64,000 nucleotides of DNA from a virus. The stretch is from positions 19,430-83,429 of IMG/VR virus record IMGVR_UViG_3300046694_000202; one strand, written 5' to 3'. The stretch's first letter is position 1, and the number at the start of each line of letters is the position of its first letter. Positions 26,318 through 37,900 of this stretch are shown in pieces. The position numbers and the translations under genes are program-made. The notes below the pieces were generated by a model. That model made no database searches. It saw only the letters and a program-made list of their open reading frames with translations, and was not told the DNA's origin.

Positions 26318-29300
26318 ATGGCAGATAACCAGCAGATCAAAGATGTCGAAGTAGGCATCGGCCCCGCCGAATCTTCCTTCAGGAAGTTCGAACAGTTCTC
26401 CGACATGCTGAAGGGCGTGCATCGCGCACTCCTCGAAGTGAAGGAGGTCGCCGCGGGCATTCAGGTCGGGGAGAAGAAGGACCAGCAGTCCTTCATCCAA
26501 GAGCTGAAGGGTCTGCAAAGTGAGATGCGGGTTCTGCTCAACTCCGTTCGCTCGGGGGCCCCGAACATCCAGGCGAACGCTGCCGTCCTCTCGGGCGCGG
26601 AACAGACGCGCAAGTTCGCCGACAAGAACATGGAGCTGCTGTCGAACCAGCAGCTCATCGCGTATTTGGAGCGCCGTGTCCTGCTCGAAAAGCAGCTGGG
26701 TGTCGCGAGCGAGGCGAACCGCCAGTACGCAGCCGGCCAGATCAGCATCAACAACGAGATCGAGGCGACGACCAAGCGCGTCGTGCTGCAGGCCGAGCGC
26801 TACAAGCAAGCGCTGATCGAAGGCGACCGCACCGCGGAAGACTCAGCCAAGCGCGAACTGCGCAATGGCCGCGACCGGATCGAACTGCTTCAGAAGGAAC
26901 TTGAGCTGCGCGAGCGCGGCGCGAAGGTGCGCCTCGGCCGCGCGCTCGACCAGCAGAACAATCAGGACGCCACGCTCGCGCGCGCTCAGCTCGATGAGTT
27001 GAACGACGACAAGAGCAGCGTGGCTGCGGCCCGCCGCACGATCGGCTCCGCTCAACGCCAAGCCGAAGCGCTGGCCAAGGCAGAACTCGACCGCACCGGT
27101 AAGCAGATGCGCAGCGCGCAGGTTGAGGATAACCGCCGTGCCATCGCCGAAGGCCTGCAGCTTGAGCGCCAGATGCGTGAGGCTGAAGTCTGGAAGCGCA
27201 TGGACGATGCGAAGAAGGAAGCCGCGCTCGAAAAGATGATGCGCGCGGCGCTCATCGAAGACACGGCGCGCACGAACGCGCAAGCCGCCCAGCTCGAAAG
27301 TCGCACCCGTCAGGCCGAACTCTGGAAGCGGATGGACGACTCGCAGAAGGAAGCCGCGCTCGAAAAGATGATGCGCGCGGCACAGGCCGAGGACGCGCGG
27401 CGCGACCGCAACGAATCAGCCAGGATCGATGCACAGATCCGTGCAGCTGAAGTCTGGAAGCGTCAGGATGACGCGAAGAAGGAGGCTGCGGCCGAGAGGA
27501 TGCTGCGCGCGGCACAGGCCGAGGACAAGCGCCGCGAAGAAACCGAGGCGGATCAGCTCGAACGGCGCACCCGTCAGGCCGAACTCTGGAAGCGCATGGA
27601 CGATGCGCAGAAGGAAGCCGCGCTCGAAAAGATGATGCGGCAGGCGAGCGCTGAGGACAAGCGCCGCACGCTGGCCGAAGCCGACAAGCTCGAAACGCAG
27701 ACCCGTGCAGCCGAAGTCTGGAAGCGGATGGATGACGCGAAGAAAGAGATCGCGCTCGAAAAGATGATGCGCGCAGCAGCGGCCGAGGACGCGCGGCGGG
27801 ACCGAAAGGAAGCTGCGCAGCTCGATGCGCAGATCCGCCAAGCCGAAGTGTGGAAGCTCCTCGACGACCGGAAGAAAGAGCAGGCGCTCGAAAAGGCGAT
27901 GCGTCAGGCCTACGCCGAAGACCTCCGCCGTGATCAAGCCAAGCAGAGCCAGACGCCCGCCTCGCAAGAAGCTCGGGACGCGGCGACGCGCGAGCGCCGC
28001 TACAACCAGACCTTCGGAGACGGCGGCGCTGCCATCGCTCTGACGCAGACCGCCCTGTTGGCCAACTACACGGTCACGCAAGGCTTCATGCAGGCGTTCA
28101 GGTCCGCGATCCAGTTCACGGTCGAGTACGAAGAAGCGCTGGCCCACCTGAAGACGATCACGCAAGCGACGAACTCCCAGATGATGGAGCTGTCGGGCAC
28201 GATCGAGGGCGTCTCGAACGCGTCGCGCTACAGCGCAGTGGATCTGGCCAAGGCCGCTGCGGCCCTGTCCGAGACCGGCGTCACGGTCAGCCAGATGGGC
28301 GTCGCGCTCAAGGGCGTCGCGGATCTCGCGACCGCCACGGGCGAGAGCTTCGACCAGACGGTTCAGACGGTCACCGGCGCGTTCGGCGCGTGGAACCTGT
28401 CGGCCACCGACACGCTGCAGATCACGAACCAGATCGCGCAGGCGGTCAACTCGTCCCGCCTGACGATGGACAAGCTGCGCATGTCGATCGAAACGGCCGG
28501 CGAGACCGCGAGCGAAGCAGGCGTCTCGTTCAAGGACATGCTGGCCGCGACCGTGGCAATCACCGACAGCGGCACCGCCTCGGGCGCGACGCTCGGCGGC
28601 GGTCTGCGCCAGCTCCTCATCGATCTGGAAAAGCCCAGCAAGTCGATGAAGGCGATCCTCGACCAGCTCGGTCTCACGCAGGAAGACATCAGCGTCAAGA
28701 CGCACGGCTTGGCCGGCGCTCTGCAGAACCTGAAGGACGCGGGCTTCACGTCGGCCGACGCGATGCAGGCGTTCGAAGCACGTAGCGCCTCCGCGTTCAC
28801 GTCGCTCTCGACCAACCTGCCACGCATGGCCGAGTTCCAGCTGTCGCTGAACAACACCGACGCGGCCGCGCGCGCCAACGCCGACCAGATGAACACGCTC
28901 GGCGCGCAGTTCGATCGCTTCAAGAACCAGACGAGCATCCTGGTGGGCGAAGCGTTCAAGCCGCTGCTCGACGGTTTCAAGAACCTGTTGATGGTGGTCT
29001 CGGACTTCGAGTCCGCGATGCGCGAAAGCACGCTGCTGGTTGAAGGTCTGGGCCTCGCCTTCGGTACGGGCGCGCTGGCGGTAGCACTGCGCTACATCGG
29101 CGGGCTGCTGGGGGGTCTGGCAGGCCTCGCGGTCGGTGGCTTCGAAGCAGCAGCTGGGGTCGCGGCGATCGGCGCGGCGATCGGCCCGGTCGTTGCCCTC
29201 GTCGCGGGTCTCGGCGCGGGCCTCTACTTCCTCATGCAGAAGGCGAACGAATCGACGGACACGTTCGAGACGCAGCGCACCGCCGTCAACGGTGCGAAGG

Positions 29301-32300
29301 ACGCGATGAAGGAATCGAAGCAGGCCTACGATAGTGTCGGCCAGCAGATCGAAACGCTGCGCAACAAGACGCAAGCGCTGAACAACGATCACGGCCTGCT
29401 GAAGCAAGCGACCGACGACGCTGGCCAGCAGTTCGAGAAGTACGGCGTCCAGCTCGACAAGAACGGGATCGAGAAGACCGAAGACCTGATCCAGAAGCTC
29501 GAAGATCTGCGCGGCCAGCTCGCCAAGCGCTACGAGATGAACACCGATGTGCTCGGCGCGCAGCTCGGCTACATGGTCCAGAAGGCGCAGGAGGCCGCAG
29601 GCGAGCGCGCGCGCGAGCTGCAGGGCCGCATCGCTGGCCCGAACGGTCTGATCCGGAAGGCACTCGATAACGACCTCCCGACTGTCGATGGCGGTGAGGG
29701 CTTCCTCTCGCGCACTGAGCGCGACCAGTCCAGCTTCGGTCTGCTCACCGGCCGCAAGCAGTCGCAGGGTGGCATCCCGCTCAGCACCGGCCTGAACGCT
29801 CAAACCATCCCCGGCGTCGTCCAGTACCTGAAGGATCTGGGCGTGAACGTCACGGAGAAGGTTGTGGCGGGCTTCGTCGACGCGGCTGGTGTCAACGGAC
29901 AGCCTCACGACCTCGTGGCCCAAGGCGCGGCAGCTACGGCCCTCAACGAAGCACTGGGGAACGTGACGCGCGCGCGGCGCGCGCCGGGGATGAGCGAAGA
30001 CGACAAGCTCATCACGAAGGCGCAGGAGCAAGCGCTCTCGAACCTGCTCGCGGAAATGACGAAGGTCACGCAGGGCGTCCAGACCGCAGAGAGCTACCAG
30101 CGGGATCTGAAGCGCGAGCAGGAATCGTCGGCGAACCAGAAGTTCGCGAACAGCGACCCGCGCGCGAAGGCGATCAGCGACGCCGTCACGGCGGCACGTC
30201 AAGACACGCTGAACACGCTCGGCCTTGCCACCGGCCCGGTCGAGCGCGTCTGGTCGGCGCTCAAGATGCAGGAGAGCGGCAACCGCCAGCTGGACGCGAA
30301 CGGTAACCCGATCCGCTCGATGCCGGGGAACCCTGACAGCCCGGTCGGCATCGCACAGATCAAGCCGAGCACGGCGCGCGATGTCGCGCAGCGCAACGGT
30401 ATCCCGTTCGACCAGCACGCGCTCGAATACGATTCGGCCTACAACGAGCGTCTGGGCAAGCTTTACCTGAAGCAGAACATCGACGCCTACGGCGGCGACG
30501 TGAACATGGGCCTCGCCTCATACAACTGGGGACCGGGAGCCTTTGCGAACTTCGTCTCGCAGAAGACGAAGGACGGCCGCTCGTACGACTATCGAGACCC
30601 GACTGGTGTCACCAAAGACGAGTTCATCCAGCTCCTGACGCAAGCGCACCCCGAGACCGGTAAGTATGTCTCGCAAGTGGGGCGCGGCCTTGGCGCGCTC
30701 GGCCGGCTCAACACGCTCGAAGGCAACTCGGCTCTCACGCAGCAGAGCGCGTCGAACGCCACCCTGCTCCGTCAGCTCGAAGGCGAGCTGGCCGAGACGA
30801 CCGAAGGGCCGAAGAAGGAATTCCTGAAGGGGCAAATCGACGATCTGCAGAAGTCGCAGAACGAGGTTCGCTCGAAGCTGGAATCCGCTCGTGCAGAAGC
30901 TGCCTCGGATCTGAAGAAGACCGACGAGGCCTCGGCAAAGGCTCTCAAGGCGCGGCTCGGCGAAGTCAACCGGCAGATCGAAGGCACGCTGGACCCGAAG
31001 AAGGCAGGCGCACTCGGCGACGACGCGGTTGGCCTCATCCGCGAAACGTATCAAGGTCACATCGACACGATCGAGCGATCGAGCGCGAAGATGGGCAAGA
31101 CCGGGGAATTCTCGGACGCGGTGAAGCAGCAGCTCGAATCGCTTCACGAGGAGATGGACGCCGCGATCCGGACACAGATCGACAAGAACAAGCAGAAGGT
31201 CGACCAGCTCAAGGAGCGGATCGAGCAACTGAAGTTCAAGTCGGATCTGCGTGCGAGCGACCGCGCGTTCAGCTCCTTCATGCAGAGCATGAAGGACTTC
31301 GAGGATGCTCGTGCCAACCGCATGGGCATCGAGCTGAAGGAGAACGCCCGCCCGGTGTCGATGGACAACGCGCGCGCGGCGCTCATGGGCGACCCGCGCT
31401 ACGCCGCGCGCTTCAGCGGTGTCCAACGCCAGAGCCTCAGCATGAGGACGGCGGTGGATCAGGACAACACTGACGCGAAGGACATGGTCACCTACGCGGC
31501 GAACCTGCGTCAGCTCCAAGAAGAGAAGGCCCGGTATGCCGCCGCGCTCGCCCAGACAGCGGCGCTCGGCGTCGAGGGGGATGGCACGAAGGGGTCCGCA
31601 ACCGGCCTGTACGCGAAGCGCGACGAGCTGGAGCTGGACCCCGAGAAGCAGAACGAACTCAAGCGCGTCGAGCAGACGATCGCCGACCTCGCGAAGAAGC
31701 GCGAAGCGTCGCAGGCCGCGCTCAACGACCTGAAGCTCAAGGAGAACACGCTCACCGAGAAGCAATCCGCGCTGCAAGCGAAGCTGGCCGCGAAGGACGG
31801 GACGAAGGCCTATACGCTGATGGAAGGCATCAACGAGGCGAACCAGAACTTCCTGCTGACGCACGATGAGATGGCCCTGGCGATCGACGGCTACAACAGC
31901 CTGCTCGGCACGGCCACGACTGGCTTCGCCACGTTCTTCGACAACATCGTCACCGGCTCGATGTCAGCGGGTGAGGCGATCAAGTCCTTCGCCAGCTCGT
32001 TCATCAAGGCGATGCTCCAGATCCTCGAACAGCAGGCCGCGCTGGCTATCGTGAAGACGATCATCGGGGCCTTCGGCGGGGCGATGGCTGGAGGCGCCTC
32101 GGGCACGACGACCGGGAACAACACCTTCAACTTCGACTCCGGGATCGCCCCTGCCGTGGGCACCGAAGGCGTCGGCAACAACACCTTCTCGTTCTCGATT
32201 CCCGACGTGTCGAAGATCCAAGGCGGTAAGGTTGGTGGCGCTATGGTGCGCTTCGCACGCGGTGGCACCGTGCAGGGTTCGATGGTCACGCGGGACTCGG

Positions 32301-32596
32301 TCCACGCACTGCTGCAACCGGGCGAAGTGGTCATGAACACGGGCGCGGTCGGCGCGGTCGGCGAAGACTTCCTCAACGGGCTGAACGCACAAGGCAACCG
32401 CGTGATCTCGAAGAGCACGCCGGCCCCGCAGGCGAAGCGTGAAAAGCAACCTGACCACGTGAACGTGTGGGTCGTCGCGCCTGACCAGAAGCCGCAGCTC
32501 GGCCCGCGCGACATCCTGGCCACAATCTCGGACGACGTGATGCGCGGCGGCACGACGAAACAACTCATCAAGCAAGTTGCAATGGGGCAAATGTAA
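26318..32596 (+). CDS. Tape measure protein with lytic transglycosylase domain
   Basis: 2092 aa helical protein; TP901-like core; SLT motifs QESG, GIAQIKPSTA, ASYNWGPG; 44-aa repeats. Confidence 0.93.
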   Translation: MADNQQIKDVEVGIGPAESSFRKFEQFSDMLKGVHRALLEVKEVAAGIQVGEKKDQQSFIQELKGLQSEMRVLLNSVRSGAPNIQANAAVLSGAEQTRKFADKNMELLSNQQLIAYLERRVLLEKQLGVASEANRQYAAGQISINNEIEATTKRVVLQAERYKQALIEGDRTAEDSAKRELRNGRDRIELLQKELELRERGAKVRLGRALDQQNNQDATLARAQLDELNDDKSSVAAARRTIGSAQRQAEALAKAELDRTGKQMRSAQVEDNRRAIAEGLQLERQMREAEVWKRMDDAKKEAALEKMMRAALIEDTARTNAQAAQLESRTRQAELWKRMDDSQKEAALEKMMRAAQAEDARRDRNESARIDAQIRAAEVWKRQDDAKKEAAAERMLRAAQAEDKRREETEADQLERRTRQAELWKRMDDAQKEAALEKMMRQASAEDKRRTLAEADKLETQTRAAEVWKRMDDAKKEIALEKMMRAAAAEDARRDRKEAAQLDAQIRQAEVWKLLDDRKKEQALEKAMRQAYAEDLRRDQAKQSQTPASQEARDAATRERRYNQTFGDGGAAIALTQTALLANYTVTQGFMQAFRSAIQFTVEYEEALAHLKTITQATNSQMMELSGTIEGVSNASRYSAVDLAKAAAALSETGVTVSQMGVALKGVADLATATGESFDQTVQTVTGAFGAWNLSATDTLQITNQIAQAVNSSRLTMDKLRMSIETAGETASEAGVSFKDMLAATVAITDSGTASGATLGGGLRQLLIDLEKPSKSMKAILDQLGLTQEDISVKTHGLAGALQNLKDAGFTSADAMQAFEARSASAFTSLSTNLPRMAEFQLSLNNTDAAARANADQMNTLGAQFDRFKNQTSILVGEAFKPLLDGFKNLLMVVSDFESAMRESTLLVEGLGLAFGTGALAVALRYIGGLLGGLAGLAVGGFEAAAGVAAIGAAIGPVVALVAGLGAGLYFLMQKANESTDTFETQRTAVNGAKDAMKESKQAYDSVGQQIETLRNKTQALNNDHGLLKQATDDAGQQFEKYGVQLDKNGIEKTEDLIQKLEDLRGQLAKRYEMNTDVLGAQLGYMVQKAQEAAGERARELQGRIAGPNGLIRKALDNDLPTVDGGEGFLSRTERDQSSFGLLTGRKQSQGGIPLSTGLNAQTIPGVVQYLKDLGVNVTEKVVAGFVDAAGVNGQPHDLVAQGAAATALNEALGNVTRARRAPGMSEDDKLITKAQEQALSNLLAEMTKVTQGVQTAESYQRDLKREQESSANQKFANSDPRAKAISDAVTAARQDTLNTLGLATGPVERVWSALKMQESGNRQLDANGNPIRSMPGNPDSPVGIAQIKPSTARDVAQRNGIPFDQHALEYDSAYNERLGKLYLKQNIDAYGGDVNMGLASYNWGPGAFANFVSQKTKDGRSYDYRDPTGVTKDEFIQLLTQAHPETGKYVSQVGRGLGALGRLNTLEGNSALTQQSASNATLLRQLEGELAETTEGPKKEFLKGQIDDLQKSQNEVRSKLESARAEAASDLKKTDEASAKALKARLGEVNRQIEGTLDPKKAGALGDDAVGLIRETYQGHIDTIERSSAKMGKTGEFSDAVKQQLESLHEEMDAAIRTQIDKNKQKVDQLKERIEQLKFKSDLRASDRAFSSFMQSMKDFEDARANRMGIELKENARPVSMDNARAALMGDPRYAARFSGVQRQSLSMRTAVDQDNTDAKDMVTYAANLRQLQEEKARYAAALAQTAALGVEGDGTKGSATGLYAKRDELELDPEKQNELKRVEQTIADLAKKREASQAALNDLKLKENTLTEKQSALQAKLAAKDGTKAYTLMEGINEANQNFLLTHDEMALAIDGYNSLLGTATTGFATFFDNIVTGSMSAGEAIKSFASSFIKAMLQILEQQAALAIVKTIIGAFGGAMAGGASGTTTGNNTFNFDSGIAPAVGTEGVGNNTFSFSIPDVSKIQGGKVGGAMVRFARGGTVQGSMVTRDSVHALLQPGEVVMNTGAVGAVGEDFLNGLNAQGNRVISKSTPAPQAKREKQPDHVNVWVVAPDQKPQLGPRDILATISDDVMRGGTTKQLIKQVAMGQM
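27182..27930 (+). repeat. Six 132-nt (44-aa) tandem repeats within the tape measure gene
   Basis: AE(V/L)WKRMDDAKKEAALEKMMRAA units starting at 27182, 27314 and onward at a 132-nt period. Confidence 0.9.
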
Positions 32597-32991
32597 TGGC
32601 CGTCTCACCGACATTCGATTTCTCAAACCACATGGTCGAGGAGAAGTACCCGGATCCGGGTACGACTCTCCAGCTCGGCAACTCGTACCGGTTCGCGACG
32701 CCGCCGACCGCGCCGGACCAGCGCATCTTCGTGCTGTCGTTCGAGTCGATGTGGCGTGGCATCACGTCAACCGGCGCGCTCGACGCGACCACGAACTACA
32801 TCAACAACGCGGGCGCCCTGCTGCTCTTCTACGAGAACTACAAGCTTCATAAGACCTTCCAGTACAAGCACCCCTGGCTCGGGGTGATCTTGAACGTGCG
32901 CTTCAGCAAGCCACTCGAACTGCCGAAGGGCATCAAGGGCGGCGACGGATGGACCGAGGGCTTCAGCGTTGAATTCGTGGAGATGCCATGA
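32596..32991 (+). CDS. Distal tail protein (gpM-like)
   Basis: 131 aa after the tape measure; FYE...F.Y.HP pattern. Confidence 0.7.
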   Translation: MAVSPTFDFSNHMVEEKYPDPGTTLQLGNSYRFATPPTAPDQRIFVLSFESMWRGITSTGALDATTNYINNAGALLLFYENYKLHKTFQYKHPWLGVILNVRFSKPLELPKGIKGGDGWTEGFSVEFVEMP

Positions 32992-33485
32992 CGATCGATA
33001 CGATTCCGCAGTCCCACAAGGACGACGCGTACCTACTCGACGCCGATGCCAAGGTCGATCTGTTCCGGATCGTCCTCAATCAACAGGGCGGGAACGTCGT
33101 CATCTGCCTCACGGCGAAGAAAGCTGTGGCGTGGCAGGGGATGATGTTCGAGTCGATCCCGGTGAGCTTGGCGCAGGAAGGCACGAATGCAACCGGCGAG
33201 TGGAAGCGGCCGAAGTTCACGCTGGCCAACCCCGATGGTGTCTGGTCGGCGTTCATTGCGCAGGGCAAGCTCGACGGCGCGCAGATCACGCGCTACCGCG
33301 TGCTGCTCTCGCACCTGAATGCGAACGCGGGCATCTATCAGATGAACACGTGGCGCATCTCGAAGCCGCTCCAATTGAACAAGACGCTCGCCGTGTTCGA
33401 GCTGCGCTCCCCGCTCGACGGTCAACAGTTCCTGCTGCCCGGTCGTGCGTTCTATCCGCCAGAGTTTCCTCATGTCTCTCTATGA
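32988..33485 (+). CDS. Minor tail protein (gpL-like)
   Basis: WQG...RPKFTLAN...FELRSPLD...LPGR pattern. Confidence 0.75.
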   Translation: MTIDTIPQSHKDDAYLLDADAKVDLFRIVLNQQGGNVVICLTAKKAVAWQGMMFESIPVSLAQEGTNATGEWKRPKFTLANPDGVWSAFIAQGKLDGAQITRYRVLLSHLNANAGIYQMNTWRISKPLQLNKTLAVFELRSPLDGQQFLLPGRAFYPPEFPHVSL

Positions 33486-33987
33486 AAAGTACACGGTAGG
33501 CTACGAAGGCGTGCCGTACAAGGTTGGCCGCGACGACTGTTATGGTCTCGCGCGCCGTTGGCTGAAGGACAAGTACGGCGTGACGCTGACCAACTACGCG
33601 CGCCCGTTCGGCTTCGAAGAGGAAGGCCTCAACCTGCTCACGGACTTCTTCCAGAAGGAAGGGTTCGTCATCGTCAGCGTGCCGTTCAACCGGCTCGAAA
33701 TCGGCGATGGTTTGATCATGCGTCTCGCGAACCGCAGCGGGAACCCGAACCACGTCGGCGTCTACGTCGGCAATGGTTACATGCTGCACCACCTGTACAA
33801 CCAGAAGTCAGTGGCCGACCCTCTCACCACGCGATGGACTAGCCGCGTGGTGGACATCTACCGCCACCCTGATGTCACAGCTAAAAATCAGGAGTTGAAT
33901 GCGAAAGTCGACATCTTGAACTTCCTGCCACCGCACTTGAAAGCGAAATATGAACGAGCTTCTGCCGCTATGGAATCCGCAAGTTGA
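33472..33987 (+). CDS. NlpC/P60 tail-tip protein (gpK C-terminal-like)
   Basis: DCYGL catalytic Cys, NHVGVYVG, MLHH. Confidence 0.85.
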   Translation: MSLYEKYTVGYEGVPYKVGRDDCYGLARRWLKDKYGVTLTNYARPFGFEEEGLNLLTDFFQKEGFVIVSVPFNRLEIGDGLIMRLANRSGNPNHVGVYVGNGYMLHHLYNQKSVADPLTTRWTSRVVDIYRHPDVTAKNQELNAKVDILNFLPPHLKAKYERASAAMESAS

Positions 33988-34315
33988 GCGCTGCGGTTTC
34001 ATCCTCACCGATGGGTCGATCATCGAGTGTCCTAACGTTGATCTTAACCCTGAGAAATCCTTTGAAATCAGTGTGGATTGCATCGGACAATACGAGGGCC
34101 GCGTGTCAGCCACCTGGCACACGCACCCGAGGACCGGGCCGAACCTATCGGCCGAGGACTATCGGGCCTTCGTGAACTACCCCGACTGGTTTCATTACAT
34201 CGTCGCCGAGAACGAGGTGTGGTGTTACTTCGTGCGGAACAAAGCGGTGATCCTGCTCGATGAAGACGATCTATCTACATGGCTCCCTGAAGGAGCTGCA
34301 TCCGGAGCCGATTAA
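33950..34315 (+). CDS. JAB/MPN-domain tail-tip protein (gpK N-terminal-like)
   Basis: ERCG...WHTHP...LSAED JAMM motif. Confidence 0.85.
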   Translation: MNELLPLWNPQVERCGFILTDGSIIECPNVDLNPEKSFEISVDCIGQYEGRVSATWHTHPRTGPNLSAEDYRAFVNYPDWFHYIVAENEVWCYFVRNKAVILLDEDDLSTWLPEGAASGAD

Positions 34316-34895
34316 GGTCCACGCTCAGACGGTGGCCGAAGCGCTCACCATCCTGAAGCAGTACCCCGGCTTCGATGTCGAGAACCCTATCCCGGTGCGC
34401 GTGAAAGGCGTCGAGTGTCGCGACGGGGTCTACGCGCAGACCGAAGAGACCGAGCTGCACGTGTACCCCGCGCTCGCTGGCTCGGGTGGCAACGGCGGCG
34501 TTCTGCAGATCATCATCGGCGCGGTGATGGTCGTGGTCGGCGCCATCATGATGATCTTCCCGGCGACGGCCCCCTACGGCTTTGCCATTGCGATGTCGGG
34601 CGCGATGATGATCTTGGGCGGCATCCTCCAGCTGCTCGCGCCATCCCCGAAGTCGAGCAGCAACTCCAGCCAGTCGCTGTACGTCCCCTCGAATCAGAAC
34701 ACGGTGAAGATCGGCACGCGCATCCCGCTGATCTACGGCCGCGTGCGGCACTTCGGCCACTACCTCTCGTTCAACGTCGACGCGAAGCGTCTCGACGACA
34801 GCACGATGAACCTTGCTGGCTATTGCTCCGGTCGCACCGACGCCAATGGCAACCGCTATTCGTACGGTCAAGATGGCCACTGCCTGCTTGCCTAA
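34260..34895 (+). CDS. Tail assembly protein (gpI-like)
   Basis: Ubiquitin-like N-terminus, hydrophobic middle, G..IPLIYG motif. Confidence 0.85.
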   Translation: MKTIYLHGSLKELHPEPIKVHAQTVAEALTILKQYPGFDVENPIPVRVKGVECRDGVYAQTEETELHVYPALAGSGGNGGVLQIIIGAVMVVVGAIMMIFPATAPYGFAIAMSGAMMILGGILQLLAPSPKSSSNSSQSLYVPSNQNTVKIGTRIPLIYGRVRHFGHYLSFNVDAKRLDDSTMNLAGYCSGRTDANGNRYSYGQDGHCLLA

Positions 34896-34907
34896 CCAGA
34901 AGACAAT

Positions 34908-37900
34908 ATGACCGACGCAGTAATTCCCTTCCGTGGGGCGGGCGGTGGCCAGAAGCAGCCGACCCGCACCGACGACAACCTCTTCTCTCGCGACGTAGTC
35001 GAGATCGTCTTTGCCCTCGGCGAAGGCCCGATCCGCGGCCCGGTCGACGGTATGAAGTCGATCTACGTGGGCGGCACGCCCGCGATGTCGCAGGACGGCT
35101 CCACGAATTTCGACAGCTTCAACGTCGGTATCATGCGCGGCCACGCGGGCGATCCGCCGGTCAACTATCGGCTCGGTGGCGAAACCTCGAACACGTCGGT
35201 CGGCGTTCGACTCTTCCAGAACACGTGGGTCTCGCGCACGACCGATGACTCGCTGCGCAACAAGGTTGACCAGCTCCAGGCGCGGATTCTCTTCAACACG
35301 CTGTACAAGTCCAACGACGATGGCACGTTCAACAACACCGCGTCGTTCGAACTCCAGTATCGCCAGTCGACCAACCCGAACTGGTCAGCGGTCAACGGTG
35401 GCACGATCAACGTCACAGGCAAGACCACGGCTGGCTATGTGGTCGACTATGTGTGGGACGTGCCGCGCGTGAATGACACGTGGGTCATCCGCGTGAAAAA
35501 GAACAACCCGGATTCGAGCAACACCGACTTCTGTGACTTTAGCTGGGAGAGCTTTCAGGAAGTCACGAAGGGCAACCGCACGTACGACCGCGTGGCCCTC
35601 ATGCACATCGTCGCGCTCGCGACGAGCCAGTTCTCGTCGGTGCCCGACATCGGCATCGATCTGGACGGTCTCGAGATTTTGGTCCCGACGAACTACAACC
35701 CCGACGCGCACGCAACCGCTGGCACGTGGGATGGCTCCTTCAAGCAGGCGTGGACGAACAATCCGGCGTGGATCCTGTACGACCTCATCATGAACACGAG
35801 CTACGGGCTGCGGAAATATTACCCGTGGCTCACGTGCAACCGCTTCGACTTCTACGACGCGGCAGCATGGTGCGACGCGCCTGTCCCGAACGGTGTGGGT
35901 GGCTCGCAGCCGCGCTACACGTTCAGCATGGTCGTCAAGGACCAGCAGTCGGGCCTCGACATGCTCCAATACGTGGCGGGTTCCTTCGGCGCGTGCATCT
36001 TCGATGACGCGACGGGAACGGTGCATCTGCGCGTGGACAAGTGGGAAGAGCCGTCTATGCTCTTCACCCCAGAGAACGTGACCCCGGAAGGCTTCGCCTA
36101 CACGTTCTCGGACATGAGCACTCGATACAACGACATCGAGGTCAAGTTCGTGAACCCGGACCTGGACTGGCAGCAGGACATCCGGCCCGCGCGCAATCAG
36201 GATCACATCAATCTCAACGGCAGCATCCCACTCTCCTTTGACGCCATCGGCTGCACGAACGAGCACGAAGCACTGCGCCGCGCCTACTATCGCCTCGTCA
36301 CGGCCACGACGGAAGTCGCGACGGTGCAGTTCACGACCACGCGCCTCGGCGTGCTGCTCGACCCCTTCAAGCCGATCTACGTCGCCGACCCGGTGACGGG
36401 CTGGGCCGAGAGCGGCCGGATCAAGTCGATCATCAACGGCAAGATCAACCTGCGCGACCCGATCTACTTCACGAGCAACCAGAACTACACGCTGAAGCTG
36501 CAGACCACCACGGGCATCTCGACGTTCACTGTGAACCCCGGCATGATCGGCTCGGTGTATGCGCTCAACATCGTGTCTGGCATCGTGCCGGCGAACGTGC
36601 CTGATCGCTCGGTGTTCTCGCTGGAGGACACAGGTGGCTTCGGTCTGTCGAAGCCGTTCCGTGTGATCTCGGTGGAGCCGGCCGACAACAGCCCGAACGC
36701 ATACTCGGTCACCGCTGTTGAGATGAACATCAACAAGCAGTGGGCCGCAGACAACTGCATCCCGATCGGCTCGGTCCCGTACTCGTTCAAGAACCCGCTG
36801 ATTCCGCCGCCGCCGAGCAACCTCGTCTGCGAGTCGGGCACGGACATGCTGCTGCTCGGGCAAGACGGCTCGATCATGGCGCGGATCTTCGCCCACTGGG
36901 ATCCGCCCGGTAGCGCGCTGGTCGACCGCTACATCATCCGCTGGAAGGAAAGCCTCCAGAACACGTGGTTCGAGACGAACTCCACGGGCGAGAGCGTCAT
37001 CCTCGCACCGTGCAAGACCGGCACGACCTACGACATCGTGATCGAGGCGGTGAGCGCGTTCGGCTATCGCAGCTCGCAGCTGCAGCTCTGGAACTATAAG
37101 TGCGTCGGCAAGGACCAGCCGCCGAGCAACGTGAAGAACTTCCGCTTCACGCGCCGCGCGCTCGACATCCTGCTGACGTGGGATGCGATCCCTGACTTGG
37201 ACCGCTTCGGCTACGAGCTGCGCCTTGGCTCCACGTGGGACACCGCGAAGGTGCTCGTGACCGACTACGCGGCCACGCAGTTCGCCTGGACGACGGACAC
37301 GGGCGGCAGCTACAACTTCCTGATCCGCGCGAAGGACACGTCGGGCAACCTGTCGCTGCAAGCGACGATCTGCTCGGCGCTGCTCACCGGCCCGTCGCCG
37401 GTTGGCGGCGTCATCGCGATCCAGTCGGGCAACCGCGTGGACTTGCGCTGGGATCCGAACCCCGAGGACAACATCCTCGACTACGAGATCCGCGAAGGCT
37501 CGACGTGGGCCACCGGCATCTTCTTGGCGAAGGTCAAGTCGACGAGCTACAGCGTGACCGCTGGTTCGTCTGGCACGCGCCTCTTCTGGCTCAAGGCCAT
37601 CGCCTCACCGGGGATCTACTCCGACAAGGCGACGTTCGTCACGACCGACATCGCGAAGTCCGACAACACGAACATCATCTACACCACAGACGAAGTGGTG
37701 AACCAGTTCGCCGGCACGAAGTACAACATGGTCACCTACGGCCCCGCGCAGCTGCGGATGGACGACGGCAAGGCCAAGTCGGAATACATGTTCTCGGTCG
37801 CGCTCGCGGACGTGTTCAAGGCACAGAACTCGCTGTTCATCGGCCTGGACGCGATCGTCGACGACAAGACGACCTGGGCGCAATCGACCTATCCTTGGAA

